Assembly (NCBI GenBank): GCA_017629985.1
Contig: JAGBWD010000012.1
Location: forward strand, 1,843 to 65,842
Length of the DNA stretch: 64,000 nt
Origin: Alistipes sp.
GTDB taxonomy: Bacteria > Bacteroidota > Bacteroidia > Bacteroidales > Rikenellaceae
Direction: 5' to 3'
In this document: positions 60,511 to 64,000 of the stretch, piece after piece
Layout of the letters: every line of letters begins with the position of its first letter
Numbering within the stretch: position 1 is the first letter of the stretch
Program-made: the position numbers and the translations under genes
The notes under the pieces: model-generated
Database searches by the model: none
What the model was told of the DNA's origin: nothing
What the model saw: the letters and a program-made list of their open reading frames with translations, nothing else

Positions 60511-62337
60511 ATGAGCAACGAGAGAGAAGAGCATATCCGAAGCTGCGTGTCGGCACTCCCCCACAGCCCTGGTGTTTACCAGTTTGTGGATAAGAACAAC
60601 ACCATAATATATGTCGGCAAGGCGAAGAGCCTCAAGCGCCGCGTGTCGTCATACTTCGTGGAGAGCAAGGAGCACTCTGCGAAGGTAAAGGTGATGGTGC
60701 GCCAGGTGGTGGATATTCGCCATATCGTGGTGGACACAGAGCAGGATGCCCTACTCCTCGAGAACTCACTTATCAAGACTCTACAGCCGCGCTACAACAT
60801 CCTCCTCAAGGATGATAAGACATACCCCTGGATAGTGATACGCCGTGAGCCTTTTCCCCGTGTGCAGTCTACGCGAGAGCTGGTGCGCGATGGCTCGCAA
60901 TACTTTGGTCCCTACAGCTCGGTGTCTATGCAGCGCTCCATATTAGAGTTTATCCGCAATGTGATACCCTTGCGCACATGTAAGCTAAACCTCTCACCAC
61001 AATATATCAAGAGTGGCAAACATAGCGTATGCCTACAGTATCATCTGGGAAACTGCAAGGCGCCATGTGTGGGGAGAGAGAGCGAGGAGGAGTATGCCAA
61101 GAGCATAGAGCTAGTAAGGTCTATCCTCAAGGGTGACCTACGCCCTGTGCGTGAGTGGCTCGAGAGGGAGATGATGCAGGCAGCAAGCGAGCTACGCTTC
61201 GAGGTTGCCGAGCAGTATAAGTATCGCCTAGCCTCACTCTCGGAGTATCAGTCACGCTCGGTGATTGTAAGCTCCAAGATTGTAGACTGCGATGTCTTCT
61301 CTTTGCTTCGTGATGAGGATATCGCCTACTGCAACTTCTTAAGTCTCCGTCATGGCTCTATCGTTGCTGTGCAGACCCTACGCCTAAAGCCTGGCGTGGA
61401 GACCACCGATGAGGAGCTACTATCGCATGCCATAGAGCATATCGTGACAAGCCTCGGCATAGAGCTAGCTCGCGAGGTCGTAGTACCTCTCATCCCTGCT
61501 GCGGCGCTGCTCTTTGATGGCGTCACCTTCACAATCCCCAAGCGTGGCGAGAAGGCCGAGATTCTGGAGTTCTCACTGCGCAGCGCACGTATCTACCGCG
61601 CCGAGATTCACAAAAACATGGAGATTAAGAACCCCGAGCGGCATACAGACCGCCTCATGGAGGCTATGCGCAAGGAGCTACACCTAGAGAGGCAACCACG
61701 ACATATAGAGTGCTTCGACAACTCTAACCTCCAGGGTACCAACCCTGTAGCCTCGTGTGTGGTGTTCCGCAATGGCAAGCCCTCCAAGAAGGAGTATCGC
61801 CACTTTAACATTAAGAGCGTGGAGGGCCCCGATGACTTTGCCTCGATGCGCGAGATTGTCTACCGCCGCTACTCACGCCTTTTGGCCGAGGGTGGCGAGC
61901 TTCCCGACCTTATCATTGTCGATGGTGGCAAGGGACAGCTCTCTAGTGCCTACGCCATCCTCAAGGAGCTGGGCATAGAGAAGAGGGTGCCTATAGTGGG
62001 CCTTGCGAAGCGCCTGGAGGAGATATTCTTCCCCAACGACCCTACACCCTACTACTTAAGTCGCATGGGAGAACCCCTGAAGGTTGTCTGCCACATCCGC
62101 GATGAGGCACACCGCTTTGGCATCACCTTTCACCGCCACAAGCGCACAAAGTCCTTCATAAATAGTGAGCTTACCCACATCCCAGGCATCGGCGATAAGA
62201 GCCTCACAGCGCTGCTCAAGCACTTCAAAACCGTACGTGCTGTGCGTGAGGCGAGCCTCGAGGAGCTATCGGGTGTTGTGGGGGCCAAACGTGCCGAGGC
62301 GATACTAGCCTACTTTGGCGAGGGTGACGACAACTAG
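60511..62337 (+). CDS. uvrC: excinuclease ABC subunit C
   Basis: PGVY...IYVGKAK.LK.RV.SYF, IECFDNS, DGGKGQ, RDEAHRF, HhH tail. Confidence 0.97.
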   Translation: MSNEREEHIRSCVSALPHSPGVYQFVDKNNTIIYVGKAKSLKRRVSSYFVESKEHSAKVKVMVRQVVDIRHIVVDTEQDALLLENSLIKTLQPRYNILLKDDKTYPWIVIRREPFPRVQSTRELVRDGSQYFGPYSSVSMQRSILEFIRNVIPLRTCKLNLSPQYIKSGKHSVCLQYHLGNCKAPCVGRESEEEYAKSIELVRSILKGDLRPVREWLEREMMQAASELRFEVAEQYKYRLASLSEYQSRSVIVSSKIVDCDVFSLLRDEDIAYCNFLSLRHGSIVAVQTLRLKPGVETTDEELLSHAIEHIVTSLGIELAREVVVPLIPAAALLFDGVTFTIPKRGEKAEILEFSLRSARIYRAEIHKNMEIKNPERHTDRLMEAMRKELHLERQPRHIECFDNSNLQGTNPVASCVVFRNGKPSKKEYRHFNIKSVEGPDDFASMREIVYRRYSRLLAEGGELPDLIIVDGGKGQLSSAYAILKELGIEKRVPIVGLAKRLEEIFFPNDPTPYYLSRMGEPLKVVCHIRDEAHRFGITFHRHKRTKSFINSELTHIPGIGDKSLTALLKHFKTVRAVREASLEELSGVVGAKRAEAILAYFGEGDDN

Positions 62338-62443
62338 CCACTCCCTCTCGTAAACCGCCAGCATTTCACCGCCTAAAAATGTCGCTTCACCCCACAGAGG
62401 TCACGGCATACGCGAGGCTCAAAAAGGCCTCTACAGCCTCCTG

Positions 62444-62459
62444 TGGCACATATTTTGCG
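62444..62459 (+). promoter_or_regulatory. sigma54 promoter upstream of the ECF sigma gene
   Basis: TGGCACATATTTTGCG (GG-N10-GC). Confidence 0.5.
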
Positions 62460-62628
62460 AAAAAAGCAGAGAATATTAGGGGTTTGAGGCATGGCGAAGG
62501 CGAGGATAATAATTTTGCAGTTTGAAATATTATTGCTATCTTGCAATCGAAAAGAAGTAATTATTAACTATAAAAACGTACTGCCTATCGAAAAATTTCT
62601 GCTCTTGAACTAACTAAAATAGAAGAGT

Positions 62629-63213
62629 ATGAATGTGAATGTTTTGAGCGATCGCGTATTGCTTAACAATTACCTTTTGGGTGATAGGAGTGCTATATCT
62701 GAACTTATAGAGCGTCACTCGTTGCGAGTACGTAATTATATCGGCATGATGGTTAAGGATGACGATGTTGCCGATGATATCTTCCAGGAAACATTTATTA
62801 AGGCTGTGAGGGTTATCGATGAGGGTCGATATACCGATTCGGGCAAGTTTCTGTCGTGGGTGTTGCGCATAGCACACAACCGCGTGCTAGACCATTTTCG
62901 CCGTGTCAAGGCTAGCAAGCAGATAAATGAGTCGGAGGCGGGATATGATGTTATCGGCACACTTCGCTTTGCGGAGCCTACCGCCGAGGATGACATCGTA
63001 CATGGCGAGATGGAGCAGACCATCCGCGACCTTATAGACCTCCTCCCCGAGGAGCAGCAGGAGGTGATACGCCTACGCTACTACTCCAAGCTCTCGTTCC
63101 AGGAGATTGCCGAGCAGACCGAGGTGAGCATAAACACCGCCCTGGGCCGTATGCGCTACGCCCTTATCAACCTCCGCAGGTTGATAAAGGAGAAAAATAT
63201 AGTATTAAGTTAG
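62629..63213 (+). CDS. ECF-type RNA polymerase sigma factor
   Basis: ADDIFQETFIK, WVLRIAHN, LPEEQQEV, SFQEIA..TEVSINTALGRMRYALINLR. Confidence 0.94.
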   Translation: MNVNVLSDRVLLNNYLLGDRSAISELIERHSLRVRNYIGMMVKDDDVADDIFQETFIKAVRVIDEGRYTDSGKFLSWVLRIAHNRVLDHFRRVKASKQINESEAGYDVIGTLRFAEPTAEDDIVHGEMEQTIRDLIDLLPEEQQEVIRLRYYSKLSFQEIAEQTEVSINTALGRMRYALINLRRLIKEKNIVLS

Positions 63214-63279
63214 GCGGTTGGGCAATATTCTCAACATAGGCTACGTTAGTAGTGTAAATCACACAAAAACTAATTGCCT

Positions 63280-63426
63280 ATGAGTGAACTCGACCCACGA
63301 ACACTACAACTTTACAGCGAGGAGCATCTACTTATGAATGATGTTATACAGGAGGATGCCGACTTACTCTTCTTGGATACCTACCTCACCGACCTGTTTA
63401 AGTGTAACAACGGGAGTGTCCGATAA
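63280..63426 (+). CDS. 48-aa acidic small protein downstream of the ECF sigma
   Basis: MSELDPRTLQLYSEEHLLMNDVIQEDADLLFLDTYLTDLFKCNNGSVR*; A-rich upstream region; stop lies inside the terminator. Confidence 0.45.
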   Translation: MSELDPRTLQLYSEEHLLMNDVIQEDADLLFLDTYLTDLFKCNNGSVR

Positions 63427-63447
63427 TCTTCGGACACTCTTTTTTTT
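63414..63447 (+). terminator. intrinsic terminator
   Basis: GAGTGTCCGA-taatct-TCGGACACTC followed by T8. Confidence 0.8.
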
Positions 63448-63504
63448 GCTTTGTGCGGATAAGGGGAGTGGGAAGGGCGTTGTGGGGAGGGTGTTGTATG
63501 CTGA

Positions 63505-63593
63505 CTAGGGAATTTAGGGAGTTTAGGGAGTTTAAGGAGGGGTCTTACGTTATGTACGCTGCTCTCCCTAATTTCCCTAATTTCCCTAAATTC
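63505..63593 (-). repeat. 9-mer GGG-tract hairpin repeat, copy C (inverted relative to A)
   Basis: Reverse complement GAATTTAGGGAAATTAGGGAAATTAGGGAGAGCAGCGTACATAACGTAAGACCCCTCCTTAAACTCCCTAAACTCCCTAAATTCCCTAG. Confidence 0.85.
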
Positions 63594-63596
63594 ACT

Positions 63597-63704
63597 AACA
63601 AAAAACACACCGCGCACATCACGAACACCGCGAACAAAAAACACATCGCGCACATCGCGCACACCGCGAACAAAAAACACACCGCGCACATCGCGCACAC
63701 CCCC
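63597..63704 (+). repeat. 3 x 36-bp tandem repeat built from 9-mers
   Basis: Unit AACAAAAAA-CACAYCGCG-CACATCRCG-MACACCGCG. Confidence 0.85.
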
Positions 63705-63757
63705 GAACGTGTGTGTTTTTGTGTTTTTGTGTTTTTGTTAGTGAGGGAGGGGTAGCA

Positions 63758-63791
63758 CGTCATTGCGAGGCTGTCAAGCCGTGGCAATCTC
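63758..63791 (+). repeat. CGTC-tagged REP-like palindrome
   Basis: CGTCATTGCGAGGCTGTCAAGCCGTGGCAATCTC; ATTGC/GCAAT and GGCT/AGCC stems; single copy in the window. Confidence 0.5.
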
Positions 63792-63901
63792 TTACTCTGC
63801 GGAGAGCTAGTAATAGGGAATTTAGGGATTACAGCGTAAAAAGCAGAGGTTATACCTTATATTATATAATCTTTTTACTATATTTGTAAAAAAGATATCC
63901 T

Positions 63902-64000
63902 ATGAGTGATGCAACACTAATCAAGCCGCAGGGAGATCATAGAAACCTAATATGTTATCGTAAGGCAGAGCTAATATACGATATAACATATAACTTTGCA
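63902..64000 (+). CDS. N-terminus of a four-helix-bundle (TIGR02436/TIGR04258-like) protein, truncated by the window end
   Basis: MSDATLIKPQGDHRNLICYRKAELIYDITYNFA resembles the G.YR.L..YQKAE.IYD.T N-terminus of this family; TATATTTG at 63879-63886. Confidence 0.65.
   Translation, partial: MSDATLIKPQGDHRNLICYRKAELIYDITYNFA

Noticed and set aside
63597-63704. 36-bp periodicity as a possible CRISPR array
   Set aside because: Units are directly adjacent with no unique spacers, are built from 9-mers, and no cas genes are present
63381-63787. Three overlapping ORFs with periodic sequences (VRDVR, FREFRE, CAMCA)
   Set aside because: Artefacts of 9-mer and 36-mer repeats that lack stop codons

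Overview
Core-genome segment of a Bacteroidota (Bacteroidales, plausibly Rikenellaceae/Alistipes-like; taxonomy is inferred from gene order and TAnnTTTG promoters, not verified). It holds about 65 CDS, mostly housekeeping: msrA, nadD, gmk, panCD, trkA, rpsP-rimM, folE-mnmA, ppdK, lptE-secG, rpsF-rpsR-rplI, bamD-rpoZ-coaBC-recN, dnaG-smpB-tsaB, pheT, aroB and uvrC. There are three tRNAs (His, Gln, Met), a TolC/HlyD/ABC-permease operon and two paralogous pairs of surface lipoproteins. No transposase, integrase, CRISPR array or rRNA is present. The most interesting signals are non-coding: (i) a candidate sigma54-driven, self-terminating structured sRNA antisense within the dnaG-smpB spacer; (ii) a candidate sRNA divergent from an AraC gene, with 21-bp-spaced direct repeats at an activator position and an anti-AUGAAAAA loop; (iii) four sigma54-type promoters; (iv) three copies of a ~160-bp palindromic MITE-like repeat; (v) a 9-mer GGG-tract hairpin/G-quadruplex repeat family and a nested 36-bp tandem/inverted structure upstream of a four-helix-bundle gene; (vi) three genes with identical promoter-N4-ATG (leaderless) architecture. 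Several small ORFs missed by the ORF track were added: rubredoxin, a CAT-like C-terminus, a post-ECF peptide and a four-helix-bundle N-terminus. All family calls come from motif recognition, without database searches.
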